From Isurus oxyrinchus (Eukaryota), in contig JANJGN010000105.1 in assembly GCA_026770705.1 (NCBI GenBank), positions 1,364,001 through 1,428,000 of the forward strand: a stretch of DNA of 64,000 bases. Direction: 5' to 3'. The notes under the pieces are model-generated. The model saw only the letters and a program-made list of their open reading frames with translations. It ran no database searches and was not told where the DNA came from. The translations under genes and the position numbers were made by a program. Shown one piece after another: positions 62,911-64,000 of this stretch; positions within the stretch are counted from its first letter, which is position 1, and each line of letters begins with the position of its first letter.

Positions 62911-63817
62911 TCATTTTGCATTTGTTTTTATCAGTATCAGAATAATTGTCCAAGGAGATTTCACTATCTTCTTCAGATCTTCCCTGAATTTCGTTTGTGT
63001 AGCTGCATAAAGAAACGCGTTTGTGCAGGAACTCAAATACATGAGCATTTGTCCAGTTTGAGTGGCGAAGTATGCAGGAGCTGTATTATCCGGTCGTACA
63101 TGAATGACCATACCACTGACTAATGTACAAACGACTGTTGTCAGCCACAACAGTATAAAAGTGCCCGATACACTGAACAGTAATATAATCGATTTTCTTC
63201 TGTTGTGTATTTCCGGATCACTGTGATTCTCGCTGCTGTGACCCCGGAGCTCCTTACGGGCTCGACTGGCGACTAAAATCTGTCTGACTGTCAAACAATT
63301 AAACAGTAATATCAAAGTGAAAGGAATCCAACTCAATAAAATACTTTGTAGCCAAGTAAATGTTACACCAAAAGGAGATGTATAAAATTCTAGGCTGGGT
63401 TGGAAACCCCAGTGAACATTGTCAATTATTCGCTTGGTTCAAATGCAAACCAAATCGGGACGCACTGTAAACATGAGAGGACAGAGATTGCTGTTAGAAC
63501 TGTCACCGCAGTTCTCATTGTGCAATATCTTGTCTTAAACGTGTGAACACAGATAGTTACAAAGCGGTCAAATGTGAAGCAAATTGTAAACCAGACCGAT
63601 AAATACAGGTTGACATTATTTGTGTACATTATGAACTTGTAAATGGGTGTATGGGACAGGAATATATGTGGAAAATGCTTACTCAGGATGTTATACACGA
63701 GAACATTATTGAGCATGACCAGTAAATCAGCTACTGCCATGGACACCATATAGAAATAAATACATTTTGAAAGGCCGCAATTTCCTCTGAAGAGAATCAC
63801 GATTGTCATCACGTTCG
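62911..63817 (-). pseudogene. GPR139/GPR142-like GPCR terminal exon with 1-nt frameshift (probable pseudogene)
   Basis: Acceptor tttcccacAG at 63818-63820; ANVMTIVILFRGNCGLSKC..MAVADLL..DRFVTIC..FEP, frameshift at ~63433, then RIIDNVHWGFQP...WIPFTLILLFN...RRKSIILLF...SSCTNAFLY. Confidence 0.85.
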
Positions 63818-64000
63818 CTGTGGGAAAAAGGGAGAGACAGAAGCTAACATGGAAAGTCACAAACATTTCACAGAATATTATAGGAAATAGTACTGTGCAT
63901 TTCTGCCTAGCGTTATATACACGTTTCGATTTATAATACAGTAAAGTGTGCATGAAATTCCTAAAATAAATAAACGAAAATGCACTCTATTATGCTCATT

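Noticed and set aside
63818-63953. N-terminal part of the 175-aa ORF
   Set aside because: Upstream of the splice acceptor; intronic

Overview
Eukaryotic (vertebrate) genomic DNA, very likely a shark or other cartilaginous fish, judged from the repeat families and the GPR139/GPR142-like receptor type. Two class-A GPCR exons face each other at the window ends: an intact one (2434-3332, +) and a frameshifted one (62911-63817, -). Between them lie ~60 kb of decayed transposons (CR1, L2/Crack-type LINEs, a Gmr1-order Gypsy element, Copia relics, Penelope ends, SINEs, a Tx1 fragment) and a decaying tRNA cluster: intact tRNA-Ile(AAT) and tRNA-Asp(GTC) plus at least 4 pseudo-tRNAs. A ~6-kb segmental duplication (about 43.8-49.9 kb vs 53.1-59.0 kb) carries in each copy a heavily decayed minus-strand reading frame whose motifs match ELL-family elongation factors in the right order; one copy was later hit by an H3.3 processed pseudogene. 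The most unusual element is a TSD-flanked dimer of a tRNA-Thr-like short element with a structured tail, carrying a Tx1 retrotransposon 3' end bounded by a 48-bp duplication (35245-36162). All homology calls were made by eye against remembered family consensus, with no database search. Boundaries of decayed repeats are approximate.
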